From Hypanus sabinus (Eukaryota), in the NCBI RefSeq assembly GCF_030144855.1, contig NC_082717.1, positions 3,720,001 through 3,784,000 on the forward strand: a DNA stretch of 64,000 nucleotides, written 5' to 3'. Below, piece by piece: positions 24,691 to 38,960 of the stretch. Under the pieces are notes generated by a model. The model did no database searches and had not been told where the DNA came from. It saw only the letters and a program-made list of their open reading frames with translations. The translations under genes were made by a program, and so were the position numbers. The first letter of the stretch is position 1. Each line of letters begins with the position of its first letter.

Positions 24691-27302
24691 GTGATTCTTG
24701 ATGATGTGGTGGAGAAGACCAGCTGAGCCAATGGCCTAATTCTGCTTCTATAATTAATTGAATTTGAATTGATTTAAATCTTACATCTGTCCCACAATGT
24801 GACGGAGTAAAAATCTGTATGTTATGACTCCATTGCAATGTACAGACGTGAATTTAGAAGTCTAATAGCTTGTAGAAAGAGGATGTCTGTTGGTCCTGGC
24901 TGTAACGCCATTTGCCAGACAGAAGCAGCTGAAACAGTTTATGGTTGGGGTGACTGGTGTCCCCGATGATCTTCCAGACCTTCTTTATGAACCTGCTGCT
25001 ATAAACGTCCTCAATGGAGGGAAGTTCACGTCCACTGGGGTCCATACCAGTGATCAAACTTGGAGCAGTTCCTGTACCAGGCGGTGATACAGCCAATCAG
25101 GATGCTCTTAATGGTGCTCGTGTGGAAGGTCTTGAGGATTATGGGGGTTCATGCTGAACTTCTTCAGTCGCCTGAGGTGGAGGAGACGCTGTTGAGCATT
25201 TTTTTGTCACACAGCCAGAGTGTATAGTCCAGGTGGGATCTTCGGTGATGTGTGTACCGAGGAACCTGAACTTGGATCTTATGGTGTGCTTGGATTTTCA
25301 GAAGGCCTTTGACAAGATGCCACACACGAGGCTGCTTAACAAGCTGCAAGCTCATGGCATTACAGGAAAGATTCTAGCATGGATAAAGCAGTGACTGATT
25401 GGGTGAATCTGTGGAATCCTTGGCCCCAAGCAGCTGTGGAGAATGTCCTTTTGTATCTTTAAGGCAGAGGGTGATAGATTCTGGATTGGTCAGGGCATGA
25501 AGGGACACAGGGAGAAGGCATTAGACTGGTGCTGAGAGGGAAATGGATCAGATGGCAGATCAGTATCGATGGACTAAATGGACTATTTTTGCTCCCATTT
25601 CTGATGATCTTATACCAGAATCCTTAAATTTTATTAAATTGTGTAACATTAGCTGAAGTTATTTGACAAAAGCCTTATGGAGAAAGCTACAGGAAAACAT
25701 CTTGTGTAATCCTTGCTTTGCCGACATTTGATAGTGCCGGGGTGAAGCCAGTGATTGGTCACCTGTTGCTATGGGCGGGGCCAACATTTGGGTGCATGGA
25801 GCAACGATTCATCTTAAATCTCCTCCCATGGGCTCTGTGCCAATGCTGCCGGGTGATTTGAGAGGGGGGTAGAATAGGTAGATATGGGTTTGATGGGGGC
25901 AGTGATGGCAGTCATGATGTCCTGTCAATAGGAAGCGCACCCTGGGCCTGATCAGCAACACCAGTGTGGCAGAGGAGGCCGTTCAGCCCATTTTTGTTGA
26001 ATGTGCCACTTGGTAATGTCATGATGAAGCCCGTTATCCGCATCTTCTGTCGGCTCCCTCCAAACTATGTTTGTTGTTTTGCATTTTTTTTTGCTCCCAA
26101 TTATAATTTCCTCTTGCTTTTGACTGTATAGCTCTACATTGTACTTTGCTGGCCATTCCTTCAGGTAAGAGCTGGCTGTGAAACCTTGTATCAGTATGAT
26201 CCCTTTACGTTTACTCCTGTATTCGACCCCGGTAGATCTCTGAGCCATCAGGATGACTGCAGAAACACAAGAGGTCTAGTCACCACCACCTTTTCACAGA
26301 CAATTGAACACTGATGAACACAGCACAGGGACAAGCCATGCTGTTCACCGTGATACCAAATTGAACAACTCTCATTCTGCTGAACTGCTTCTCTACCCTT
26401 TCCAAACCTCCACCTCCCTCCCGTAACGTGGTCAGCAGAAACCTAAATGTGGTCAGATCTCAGTGTTTTAGCACTGAGGAGTGGCGTCCCTGACCAACGA
26501 CAGAGGTTGTCTTTTTGTTCACCATCTCTTGCCACACGCAGGGACCGTGCTCCATCAAGGTATTGCACTTTCCGAGGACAAGCCAGGTTAGGATACGCAT
26601 GCTCAGCCTCTCGGGATTGCGGTAGAGCAAAGGGAACTGGGAATACTGCTCCATGATTCCTTCAGGGCGATGTCACAGGTAGGCAGGGTTGTAAAGAAAG
26701 CATTTGACACATTAACCTTCATAAATCAAAATACTGAGTACAGGAGTTGGGATGTTATGTTGAAATTGTATTGGCCGAATTTGGAGTATTGTGTGCAGTT
26801 GTGGTCACCTACCTACCGGAAAGATATCAGTAAGATTGATAGAGTGCAGCGAGAATTTACAGGGTGGTGCCAGGACGAGGACCTGAGTGATAGGGATAGG
26901 TTGAATAGATTAGATCTTTATTCCTTGGAGTGAGGAGAATGAGGGGAGTTTTGATAGAGTGATAGAAAATTACCCCTTTACATTAAAAGAGGTTGAAGAA
27001 GCTTTAGGATCACTTCAGAGTAATAAATCCCCAGGAGAAGATGGTTTTCCACCTGAATTTTATAAAAAATTTAAAGATTTATTAATCCCTCCTTTTATGG
27101 AGTTAATATATCAAGTGGAAAGAACGCATAAACTTCCACAATCTTTTTTGATGGCGATCATAATAGTATTGCCAAAAAAAAGATAGAGATCATTCAAAAC
27201 CAACATCATATAGGCCTATTTCTTTGTTGAATACAGATTATAAAATAATAGCAAAAATTTTATCTAATAGAATATCTAAATATTTACCAAAATTAATACA
27301 TG

Positions 27303-29015
27303 AACGATTTCTTCTCTTCAGTATTCACTAAGGAGAAGGATATTGAATTGTGTAAGGTGTGGGAAACAAGTAAGGAAGTTATGGAACCTATGACAATTAA
27401 AGAGGTGGAAGTACTGGCGCTTTTAAGAAATTTAAAAGTGGATAATTCTCCGGGTCCTGACAGGATATTCCCCAGGACCTTGAGGGAAGTTTGTGTAGAA
27501 ATAGCAGGAGCTCTGACGGAGATCTTTAAGATGTCATTAGAAATGGGGATTGTGCCGGAGGATTGGCATATTGCTCATGTGGTTCCATTGTTTAAAAAGA
27601 GTTCTAGAAGTAAGCCTAGCAATTATAGACCTGTCAGTTTGACATCAGTGGTGGGTAAATTAATGGAAAGTATTCTTAGAGATAGTATTTATAATTATCT
27701 GGATAGACAGGATCTGATTAGGAGTAGCCAGCATGGATTTGTGGAAGGTCATGTTTGACAAACCTTACTGAATGTTTTGAAGAAGTTACGAGGAACGTTG
27801 ACGAGGGTAAGGCAGTGGATGTAGTCTATATGGACTTCAGCAAAGCCTTTGACAAATTTCCACATGGAAGGTTAGTTAAGAAGGTTCAGTTGTTAGTAGT
27901 AATGCTGGAGTAGTAAAATGGATTCAACAGTGGCTAGATGGGAGATGCCAGAGAGTAGTGGTGGATAATTGTTTATCGGGATGGAGGCCAGTGACTAGCA
28001 GGGTGCCTCAGGGATCTGTTTCAGGCCCAATGTTGTTTGTAATATACATAAATGATCTGGATGATGGGGTGGTAAATTGGATTAGTAAGTATGCCGATGA
28101 TACTAAGGTAGGAGGTGTTGTGGATAATGAGGTGGGTTTTCAAAGCTTGCAGGGAGATTTATGCCGGTTAGAAGAATGGGCTGAACGTTGGCAGATGGAG
28201 TTTAATGCTGAGAAGTGTGAGGTTCTACATTTTGGCAGGAATAATCCAAATAGAACATACAGGGTAAATGGTAGGGCATTGAGGAACGCAGAGGAACAGA
28301 GAGATCTAGGAATAACAGTGCATAGTTCCCTGAAGGTGGAGTCTCATGTAGATAGGGTGGTGAAGAAGGCTTTTGGAACACTGGCCTTTATAAATCAAAG
28401 CATTGAGTACAGAAGTTGGAATGTAATGTTAAAATTGTACAAGGCATTGGTAAGGCCAAATTTAGAATATTGTGTGCAGTTCTGGTCACCGAATTATAGG
28501 AAAGATATCAATAAATTAGAGAGAGTGCAGAGACGATTTACTAGGATGTTACCTGGGTTTCAGCACTTAAGTTACAGAGAAAGGTTGAACAAGTTAGGTC
28601 TCTATTCATTGGAGCGTAGAAGGTTGAGGGGGGATTTGATCGAGGTATTTAAAATTTTGAGAGGGATAGATAGAGTTGACATGAATAGGCTGTTTCCATT
28701 GAGAGTAGGGGAGATTCAAACGAGAGGACATGATTTGAGAGTTAGGGGGCAGAAGTTTAAGGGAAACACGAGGGGGTATTTCTTTACTCAGAGAGTGATA
28801 GCTGTGTGGAATGAGCTTCCTGTAGAAGTAGTAGAGGCCAGTTCAGTTGTGTCATTTAAGGTAAAATTGGATAGGTATATGGACAGGAAAGGAGTGGAGG
28901 GTTATGGGCTGAGTGCAGGTAGGTGGGACTAGGTGAGATTAAGAGTTCGGCACGGACTAGGAGGGCCGAGATGGCCTGTTTCCGTACTGTGATTGTTATA
29001 TGGTTATATGGTTAT
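27303..29015 (+). mobile_element. 5'-truncated CR1 LINE nested in the L1
   Basis: RT ORFs 27300-27758 and 27958-28932 (KYADDTK); (TGGTTATA)n tail; L1 frame KLIH|MDQTGF resumes after it. Confidence 0.92.
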
Positions 29016-31067
29016 ATGGATCAAACAGGCTTTATTAAAAATAGACAATGGACGGATAATGTAACTCGGTTACTTAGCATAATTCATCTGGCACAAAAGA
29101 GAGAGGAAATGAGTGTGGCAGTTGCTTTGGATGCAGAAGAAGCATTTGATAGATTGGAAAGGGATTTTTTATTGAAGGTATTAGAAAAATATGAGTTGGG
29201 AAAATCTTTTATAAAATGGATTAAAACCTTAAATACTAGTCCCCAAGCTAAAGTAGTGACAAATAGTCGAATTTCAGCATCATTCCACTTAACAAGGTCA
29301 ACTAGACAAGGCTGTCCATTATCACCTGCCCTATTTGTATTGGCAATAGAACCATTAGCTGAAATAATTAGAACGGATTCAGATATTGTGGGTTTTAGAG
29401 TTAACCAAGAAGAAAATAAGGTTAATTTATTTGCTGATGATGTTCTGATTTATTTAACAAACCCATTGCAATTGTTGCATAAATTATCTTTTAGATTGGA
29501 AGAATATGGGAAAATATCAGGGTATAAAGTAAACTGGGATAAAAGTGAAATTTTACCCCTTACCAAAGGAGATTATAGTCAATGTCGACTAGTAACTCAA
29601 TTTAGATGGCCAACAAATGGTATAAAATATTTAGGTATAAGAGTCGATAATGATATAAAGAATTTACATAAATTAAATTATTTGCCATTATTGAAAAAAA
29701 TAAAAGAAGATCTTGATAAATGGATGATGTTACCAATAACATTAATGGGTAGAGTTAATGTTGTAAAAATGAATATATTTCCTAGATTACAATATTTATT
29801 CCAAACACTACCAATACAACTGCCTCAGAAGTTTTTCCAAGAGTTGAATAAATGTGTGAGGAAGTTTCTTTGGTGAGGAAGAATATCGTTGGAAAAATTG
29901 ACATGTACATTTGATTTAGGAGGGTTACAACTTCCAAATTTTAAGAATTATTACAAAGCAAATCAACTTAGATTTATTGCATCTTTTTTGATGATGAGAA
30001 ACCGGCATGTATTAGAATAGAATTAGATAAGATAGGAGAAAATATACCAGAAGATTTTATATATAAATGGGAATCCAAATGGATACGGGAAAAGAAAGAA
30101 TCTCTTATATTAAGACATTTGATTGATTTATGGAATAAGGTAAATATGGATGATGAGATAAAGAAATCCTTATTAGCAAAAAGAACCCTAATACAAAATA
30201 GGCTTATTCCTTTTACAATGGATAATCAACTTTTATATAACTGATTTCAAAGAGGGATCAGATATATAGGTGACTGTTTTGAAGGAGGTATATTGATGTC
30301 GTTTGAGCAATTAAAAAATAAATATAAAATATCAAATAACACTCTTTTCTGTTATTTTCAATTAAAGGCCTATTTACGAGATAAACTGGGTCAAACAATC
30401 TTAATGCCAAAACCTAATGAAATAGAAATCGTAATTCAAAAAGGAAAAATTAAAAAATTTACATCTTGAATGTATAATTTGATTCAAAAATGGACAATTA
30501 AACCAGGAATTCACAAGTAAAGACAAAAATGGGAAACTGATTTGAATATTAAAATTGATAAAAAAAATTGGTCAAGACTATGTCTTGATAGTATGATAAA
30601 TACAATAAATGTCTGACTTAGATTAGTACAATACAAGTTTTTACATCAACAATATATAACACCACAGAAAATAAATAGATTAAATTCGAATTTATCTGAC
30701 CAATGTTTTCGATGTAATCAAGAAATTGGTACCTTTTTACATTATACTTGGTCTTGTTTTAAAATTCAACCTTTTTGGATAAATTTAGACTTTTACTGGA
30801 ACAAATTATTGGTATACAACTCCCACATACCCCAATATTATTTTTATTAGGCGATATTGAAGGGATAATACCGAAACCTAAATTGAATAAATATCAGAAA
30901 AAATTTATAAAAATTGCATTGGCAGTAGCCAAAAAAGCTATTGCAGTTACTTGGAAATCAGATTCATATTTAACTATGAAAAAATTACTTACAATTTAAG
31001 AAATGAATATGATATGCTTTTGCAAATTTGGCACCCCTATCTACAAAAGATAGCATTAAATATATAG

Positions 31068-31846
31068 ACAATAGATGCAGAAGTAGACCATTCGGCCCTT
31101 CAAGCCTGCACCACCATTCTGAGATTATGGCTGATCATCTACTATCAATACCTGGTTCCTGCCTTGTCCCCATATCCCTTGATTCCCCTATCCATAAGAT
31201 ACCTATCTAGCTCCTTCTTGAAAGCATCCAGAGAATTGGCCTCCACTGCCTTCCGAGACAGTGCATTCCACACTCCCACAGCTCTCTGGGAGAAGAATTT
31301 TTTCCTTAACTCTGTTCTAAATGACCTACCCCTTATTCTCAAACCATGCCCTCTGGTACTGGACTCTCCCAGCATCTGGAACATATTTCCTGCCTCTATC
31401 TTGTCCAATCCCTTAATAATCTTAAATGTTGCAATCAGATCCCCTCTCAATCTCCTTAATTCCAGCGTGTACAAGCCCAGTCTCTGTAACCTCTCTGTTG
31501 AGGACAGTCCGGACATCCCAGGAATTAACCTCGTGAATCTACGCTGCACTTCCTCTACAGCCAAGATGTCCTTCCTTAACCCTGGAGCCCAAAACTGTAC
31601 ACAATACTCCAGGTGTGGTCTCACCAGGGCCCTGTACAAATGCAAAAGGATTTCCTTGCTCTTGTACTCAATTCCCTTTGTAATAAAGGCCAACATTCCA
31701 TTAGCCTTCTTCATTGCCTGCTGCACTTGCTCATTCACCTTCAGTGACTGATGAACAAGGACTCCTAGAATTCTTTGTATTTCTCCCTTACTTAACTCTA
31801 CATCGTTCAGATAATAATCTGCCTTCCTGTTCTTACTCCCAAAGTG
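31068..31846 (-). mobile_element. CR1 LINE 3' fragment inserted at the L1 ORF2 stop
   Basis: ORF 31145-31738 LVRPHLEYCVQFW...STRGHGL. Confidence 0.9.
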
Positions 31847-32895
31847 GTCCTTTGAAGATAAAACTATGTTATTTGGGGAAAATAAAAACTAAAATTATTT
31901 TGAACTCCATGGAGCATGTGGGGATCCTCCGATATCCAGGCATTCTTTCTTTCTTTTTTCTTTTTTTTTCTTTTCTTTTTTTCAGATAGGGATCTAAGGG
32001 GGGAAGGGTTAAGGGGAGGGCAGAGGGTTAATATTAATTTTCCACTATTCTAATATTCTATTAATTTTATGTAATTCTCTTAGAAATTTAATAAATAAAA
32101 AACAAGAAGACACATATAAAATTATGAAGGGTATAGATAGGATAAATACATGCAGGCAATTTCTTCTATTGAATTTGGGTGGGACTTGAATTAGAGGTCA
32201 TAGGTTAAGGGTGAAAGGTGAAATGTTTGCGGGGAACTTCTTCACAATGAGGGTGGTGAGAATGGAATTAGCTGCCAGCAGGAGTGGTGCACATGAGCAC
32301 GATTTCAACATTTAAAAGAAGTTTGCATAAATAAATAGACAGCAATGTTGGTCATTAAGGAATTAAAATATTGAAGGAAACAAGGACATTGGAAGTGGAA
32401 AAAGCAGAAGTCTTTGCTCTTGCCATGTGCTTGAAGAAATGGAGCTTGCCATTTTGTGAAGCCACTCTGTAACTTCCATTTTCTGAACTGTTTGATGAAC
32501 AAATTCTTGCTCTGAATCAGAGCGATTGAACACAGGCACAAGGAGTTTCTGATGATGATCTGCCAAACTTGAATCCATTGTCAGATGAATTGTTATGGTG
32601 TACAATGGCAGGTTTGCTGTAGTAATCTTGTTATCTTGGCCCAGTGTCTCTGTGACCGGTTTGACTGGTTTGAACCAGAGTCATACAAAAGGAAAGAAGC
32701 CACGGAAGGCAGAAAGTTGTGTAGCCCTTGGCTACATCCAGTGGAAATCTAACAGATCTGTCAGATGATCTCGAGCCAACAATATTGAAACACAACAATT
32801 GAACTGATGAGGTACGGGTATAAGGATGAATGGCAATAACTCCAGAGATTAGCTATTGCAAGAAAGACCCGGACTCAGGGCTTGGCCTATGAGAG

Positions 32896-33490
32896 TGTGG
32901 TGAACTACATATACCTGTCTGGACACGCCCCTCGCTGACTGCTCCTGTGGCTCCTCCCACAGATATTCTGTCATCAGTACCTGTCTGGACACGCCCCCTC
33001 GCTGACTGCTCCTGTGGCTCCTCCCACAGATATTCTGTCATCACTACCTGTCTGGACACGCCCCCCCGCTGACTGCTCCTGTGGCTCCTCCCACAGATAT
33101 TCTGTCATCAGTACCTGTCTGGACACGCCCCTCGCTGACTGCTCCTGTGGCTCCTCCCACAGATATTCTGTCATCAGTACCTGTCTGGACACGCCCCTCG
33201 CTGACTGCTCCTGTGGCTCCTCCCACAGATATTCTGTCATCAGTACCTGTCTGGACACGCCCCTCGCTGACTGCTCCTGTGGCTCCTCCCACAGATATTC
33301 TGTCATCAGTACCTGTCTAGACACGCCCCCCCCCCCCCGCTGACTGCTCCTGTGGCTCCTCCCACAGATATTCTGTCATCAGTACCTGTCTGGACACGCC
33401 CCCCCCCCCCCCCCCCGCTGACTGCTCCTGTGGCTCCTCCCACAAATATCTCTGTCATCACTACCTGTCTGGACACGCCCCCTGCTGACT
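32896..33490 (+). repeat. 66-bp minisatellite (~9 copies) amplified from a Gypsy LTR U3
   Basis: Begins TGTGGTGAACTACAT like the LTR at 14823-15014; unit TACCTGTCTGGACACGCCCC..GCTGACTGCTCCTGTGGCTCCTCCCACAGA matches that LTR. Confidence 0.9.
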
Positions 33491-35574
33491 ACTCTGGGAG
33501 ATCCCCTGTATCGGTGTTATAAACTGGGGAAGTGGTCTGAATGAATATTGGTACAAAGAGAACCGCAGAATGCATATTATAATTTGTTGGTATGGGGTCA
33601 ACATAGTTGTTTGTGCAGAGACAATAAAGTGTGAGCTTCGATTAATTGAGAATTCCACAGTGAATTGCCTGACTTAGACCAGTTAGTGATTAGTCAACAG
33701 CAGGGCAATAGAGAAATGTGCTTCAGGGTCACGGAGAATAACAGTTCAGAATGGACTAGATGGGCCAAAGGGCCAGAGTACTCCACGACTCCCTGGGGTC
33801 CTGCTATTGACTGTAAGCGGCAGAGTTGCACAACTTAGTATTCCAGTATCAAAATCCCATTGGTTAATTCATAAATACACATAGAATTTGATTTTATTAA
33901 GTTAAGACACTTTGTCAGTAATACCAATATTTGCAAGCAATCTGCACACAGCTTTTTGTCAAAATTAATACTTTGCATTTTTGTTACACAATACAAATTG
34001 AGAGAGTAAACTCGTTATCTAAGAGCAGAATACATGCCTCACTTGCAGCACTAACTGAGCTGATGAAGTCTCACCCACTTTCTTGTAGCATTGACAAGGT
34101 TTCACGTTAAAGGAAATTGCAATATTTTGTCTTCTATGAATGCAACCTCCCTGCTAAACCCCCTCCCCACCCCCATACCCTGTAACATGGGTTTGAAGTT
34201 TGAAAATTATATCTATTTTCCTAGGTCCCTTTAAGGTTGTCACAGCTGGGTTGGGATGGAGGGTGGGGAGGTGGTAGTGCAGATGACCTCCCACAAGATG
34301 CTCCAAATGTCGTGTGTCCCAAATGGCCTCTGACCAATAAGTCCAGCTTCTCACCTTCACCTGTGGCTTAGCTACTGAGCCCAGTGGAACCGTTTCTACC
34401 GAGAGGAGAAGGAGCAAGGGCAGTTTACTGCCGTCTCAAAACCGATCGCTTTGGGAAGGTGGGGCTTGTCAGCTGTAGTTGGCAGTTCATAGAGACCGAT
34501 CAGGACATTTAGAAAATGTTTTGGTCCATCCTTTATGGACGTCGGAAGCAGGATAAATCTGATCCTGTCTGTTCAGTGTATTTGGAGTTTCAAAAGCCAT
34601 TGAATAAGCACTGTACAATTTTAAAGGATTGTCAGGTAGTGGAGACAGGCATAAATGGGTCATTTCTGGAGGGTGGAATGTAGGTGTTGAACAAAGCGGT
34701 TGCCCCATCTGGGCCTGTTCTCACTGATGTAGGGGAGGCCCAGGTGCAACCACTAACGCTGGAGGAGATGCAATAATGCCCACCTCATAGGGGAAGGGTT
34801 GGTTCCGGCCCTGGATGGTGGTGAGGGTGGACGTGGAAGTGAAGCCACATTTGGAGTTTTGTCTTTAGGTTGGGACTTCATTCTTTGCAGTAGGAGACTG
34901 AGGTGTATAAAATCACAATACTCAATGTGTAGAGTCCTTTTCCCAGGATTAGAGAGCACAAGTGTGAGGGAATAGGAACCTGACGGGCAATGTTTCTATC
35001 CAGAGAGTGGTCAGTACATGAAATGAGCTGCAGGGCAAGTGGTTGAGGCAGATATATTAATGGTATTTAAAAGGCATTTGGACAGGTACAGTAATGGATA
35101 GGAAAAGTCTGGGTGGGTTTGGGCCAAATGTGGGCAAGTGAGACTAGCTTAGATGGGAATCTTGGTCAACATGGACTAGATGGGCTGAAGGGCCTGTTTC
35201 CATTCTGTGTGACTATGGATTTGTGATGGGGATGATATCTCCTGCAGACGGGAAGAAGTGGGTGGGGAGTGATGAGCAGACCAGGAAGTTGTGGAGAGAG
35301 TGATCCCTGTGGAAAGCAGAAAGGAAATAAAGCATCAGCCATGATTGAATGGAGGAATGGACTCGATTGGCCAGATGGCCTACTCTTACTCCTATGTCTT
35401 ATGACCTTATGGTCTTATAGGTGGGGAGGGGAGGACGTAGTGAGTGTAGGATCACGTTGTAGTTGGTGGAAGTTGAGAGGTCTGACGTTCTGGAGACCCG
35501 CGTGCTGATTTTTACCAGCAAGAAGCACACACTTATTTAATAACCTGCTGCTGCAGAACAATTTTTTTAAGACA

Positions 35575-35688
35575 CTAGTCTCGTTTGACGACGGCATATT
35601 CGGTTGTTTCCTCAGAGACTTGTATTTTTGGAGCTGTCTTCTGCTGGAAGAACTGAATATCAGCATAAAATATCTCTGATTGCTCTGC
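35575..35688 (-). CDS. Ig-superfamily receptor, terminal exon (AEQSEIFYADIQFFQQKTAPKIQVSEETTEYAVVKRD*)
   Basis: Acceptor tgtgtttttctgttccag; 38 codons; ITIM IFYADI and ITSM TEYAVV; ATTAAA about 35 nt after the stop. Confidence 0.85.
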   Translation of the reverse strand, partial: AEQSEIFYADIQFFQQKTAPKIQVSEETTEYAVVKRD

Positions 35689-37779
35689 CTGGAACAGAAA
35701 AACACAGACGTTTACAGTACTGAGACAAACCACTCACCCCCTGGTTTATATCTGACCCATCCCACAGGACATTGCTACATTTGGCTACTAAAGACACGGT
35801 CTCTGTTGTAACCTCAGGGATCTTAGACACCAGAGATACTGACAATGCAATTAGTTTGAAGCAACACACACACAATCCTGGAGGAATTCAGTGGATCGGG
35901 CAGCATCTGTGGATGGGAATGTTTTGGATCATGAACTCTTCATCAGGGCTGGGAAGGAAGAGGGCAGAAGCCAGAATAAAAAGGGTAGAAGGGAGGTGAA
36001 GGAACACAAGATGGCGGGTGATAGGTGAGTCCAGGTTCGAGGGGAGGGTGAGAGAGAGGTGGCAGTGGAGGTAGGGGGGTTAAGAGATGACGTGAGAAGT
36101 TGGGAAGTGATAGGTGGAAGGGGCAAGGGACTGAAGAAGAAGGAATCTGATAGGAAAGGACAGTGATATGAATAAAGGCTGGGGAACCAGAGGGAGAGGA
36201 TGTAGGTGATGGGCAGATTATTATGCAATTCTACATTTCCAGTTCTCTTTTTTCTTTATAAAGCAATCTTGAAGCAACAGGTTTTGTGCCTCATTCCTGT
36301 TTTCCAAAGGAGCTTTAGATTAAAGCATTGGAATCCGAAACCTCCCTTTCATCTCGAACGGTCATCAGAGGAACAGCAGAGAAATACAGCCATGCTGACT
36401 TGTTCCTCATCGACTGAATTCCATTTGTTCCGTATACCTCTCTGTCTTATCTATTTGAGCACCTGTTTAAATGTCTCTAAAATTACAGATTGTATCTGAT
36501 TCCAAAACCATCTCAGGCAGAGATCTGCAGATATTAACCAGATTTCTAAGTGTGCTAAATGCTCAGATCACATTCAAAACTCCTTCCCCTCATACTGAAC
36601 CCATGCACTCTTGCTTTTGAAGCCATTAGCATGGGACGAGAAAGTTTCTGACATTTTACATCAATCAAAATCACAATAATCCTTCCAACACCAGTCTCGA
36701 TGGTACATCACTGATCACCCTGCAACCTCCAATCAGTAAAGCATCTCCCACCACAACCCTCTGCCTCCCATCACCAAGCCAATGTTGGATCCAACTGGGA
36801 AGTTTGCTTTGCAGCCCATTTAACTTCACTTTCCAGACCAGCCTCTCATTCAGGACCATTCCAAATGCCTTGCTAATGTCCGGAGTAAATTGCAGGGTGT
36901 GTTGGAGAACAGAAAGACCTAAGGGTACAAGTACACAATTCCCAGAAGGTGGTGACTCAGGTAGATATGATGGTGAAGAAGTATTTGGCACACCTGCCTT
37001 CATTGGTCAGGACATTGAGTGTTCGAGTTGGGCCCTCACAGTTGCTTGGTATAATTTGGTATAATTGGGAAGTGCTGATGAGGCCAAAGGTTAAAGTCAG
37101 TGAGTCAAAAGTTCAAAGATCAAGGTAAATTTATTACCAACATACATTTATGTCACCATATACAACCCTGAGATTCATTTACTTAAGGGCATTCACAGAA
37201 AATGACCTTTGGTTGTCATCCACACAACTTCAGTGAGAAAAACCTGCTTGGAATTACCCCATCTATGCCTCCTCCCTGACGGGTGTGGGACAAACAGTCC
37301 ATGAGCAGTGTGGGAGGGATCCTTCACGATGTCCCTGGCCCTGTTGCAGCACCTCTCTGTATCTGTGTCCTTGATGGAGTGTATGGTGCTGGTGATGTGT
37401 TGGACAGTTTGGACTGTCTGTTGTAGATCTTTCCTGTCCACAGCAGTGCAGTTTCTGTACCGTGCGGTGATGCAGTTTGTTAGGATGCCCCCTACTGTAC
37501 GTCTGTAGAATGACATGAGTATGGATGTGCAAAGTCCAGCTCTCTTCAGCCTCCTCAGAAAGTAGAGGTGAAATAGGCGAGTAGAGGAGAGTAGAAATAG
37601 TCTTACAACAGCGGGGCAGAAGGGCCTGTTCCTACTGCTAATTCATATTAGTGACTAAATAAAAGGTTAAAGAGGAAGTAATGGTGTTTATTGAACAGAC
37701 TTTCACTACCTGATTTATTAGGAAATAAAAGTGTTCATGGAAAACGTTTGTCAATGTTATATTGAAGAAAGTTACTTAC

Positions 37780-37823
37780 CGCAGTAACATTTGTGGCTGC
37801 CTGGTTATTCACCTCGGTTTCAG
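37780..37823 (-). CDS. Receptor cytoplasmic micro-exon (ETEVNNQAATNVTA)
   Basis: Acceptor ttttatttcag, donor gcg|gtaagt; phase 1 to 0 fits both neighbours. Confidence 0.75.
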
Positions 37824-38169
37824 CTGAAATAAAATGAGAATTTGTTTGAGAGTTATGACACATGAGTGATAATTGAACTGAAATCACATTGTGATGAAAA
37901 ATCTTCTATTCACCCTTATCAAATACATTGAGATATCAGAGCAGGATTAGGCCATTCTGCCCATCAAATCCACTTTGCCATTCCATTATTATCCATCTCA
38001 ACTCAACCCCATTCTCCTGCCTTCTACCTGTAACCTTTGATGCCCTTACTAATCAAGAACATCACAACTCTGCTTTAAATATACACAATGACGGCCTCCA
38101 CAGAGATCTGTAGCAATGAATTCCACAGATTATTCACCAGCTTGCTAAAGAAGTTCCTTCTCATGTCTG

Positions 38170-38960
38170 TTCTAAAGGGATGTCCCTCTTTTCTGAGAGT
38201 GTGCCCTTTGGTCCTAGACTCCTCCCCCCCCCCACTCTAGGAAACATCCACTTTGCCTAGGCCTTTCAATATTTGATAGGTTTCGTTGAGATCCCCCCTT
38301 CAAGTACAAGCCCAGAGCTACAAAACACTCCTCATTTGTTATCCCTTTCATGTCTGGAATCATTCTTGTGAATCTCCTCCGGGCTCTCTCCCATGCCAGC
38401 ACATCCGTTCTTAGATAAAGGGTCCAAATCTGCTCACAATGCTCCAAATGTGAGCAGAACAATGCCTTATAAAGCCTCAACATTATATCCTTGCTTTTAT
38501 ATTCTAGTTGCCTTGACATGAATGCTAAAATTGCATTTGCCTTCCTCACCACTGACTTAAGCTGCAATTTATAATTTAAGGAATTCTGCACGAGGACTCC
38601 CAAGCCCCTTTGCACCTCTGATTTCTAAATTTTCTCCCTATTTAGAAAAGGTTTCCACCTTTATTTCTTCTACAATTCTATCTGCCACTTCTTTGCCTTT
38701 CTCCTAATCTATGTAAGTCCTTCTGCAGACTTCCTGCTTCCTCAACTCTACCTGCCCCTCCACTTATTTTTGTATCATCTGCAATGAAGGCCACAAAAGC
38801 TTCAATTCCATCATCCAAATCATTGGACATACGTGAAAAAAGTGGTCTCAATACTGTGGAACACCACTAGCCCTTTATTCTCACTCTGCCTCCAGCCAGT
38901 CAGCAATGCTCCATCCATGCCTGTATCTGTCATGTAAGACCATGGGCTCTTATCTTGTTT
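38170..38960 (-). mobile_element. Degenerate CR1 fragment
   Basis: ORF 38214-38615 ANAILAF..LYKAL..HLEHCEQIW. Confidence 0.75.

Larger units (their letters stand above)
26960..32103 (+). mobile_element. 5'-truncated L1-like LINE (ORF2 RT to 3' UTR), interrupted by two CR1 insertions
   Basis: KSPGEDGFPPEFYK, YRPISLLNTDYKI, DQTGFI, LDAEEAFDR, TRQGCPLSP, LFADD, KYLG; A-rich end at about 32100; several stops. Confidence 0.92.

Noticed and set aside
27958-29876. 324-aa and 317-aa RT ORFs as host genes
   Set aside because: Fragments of nested CR1 and L1 ORF2, truncated and surrounded by stops
32896-33490. CRISPR-like regular repeats (also considered at 23181-23490)
   Set aside because: Head-to-tail units with no unique spacers, no cas genes, eukaryotic context
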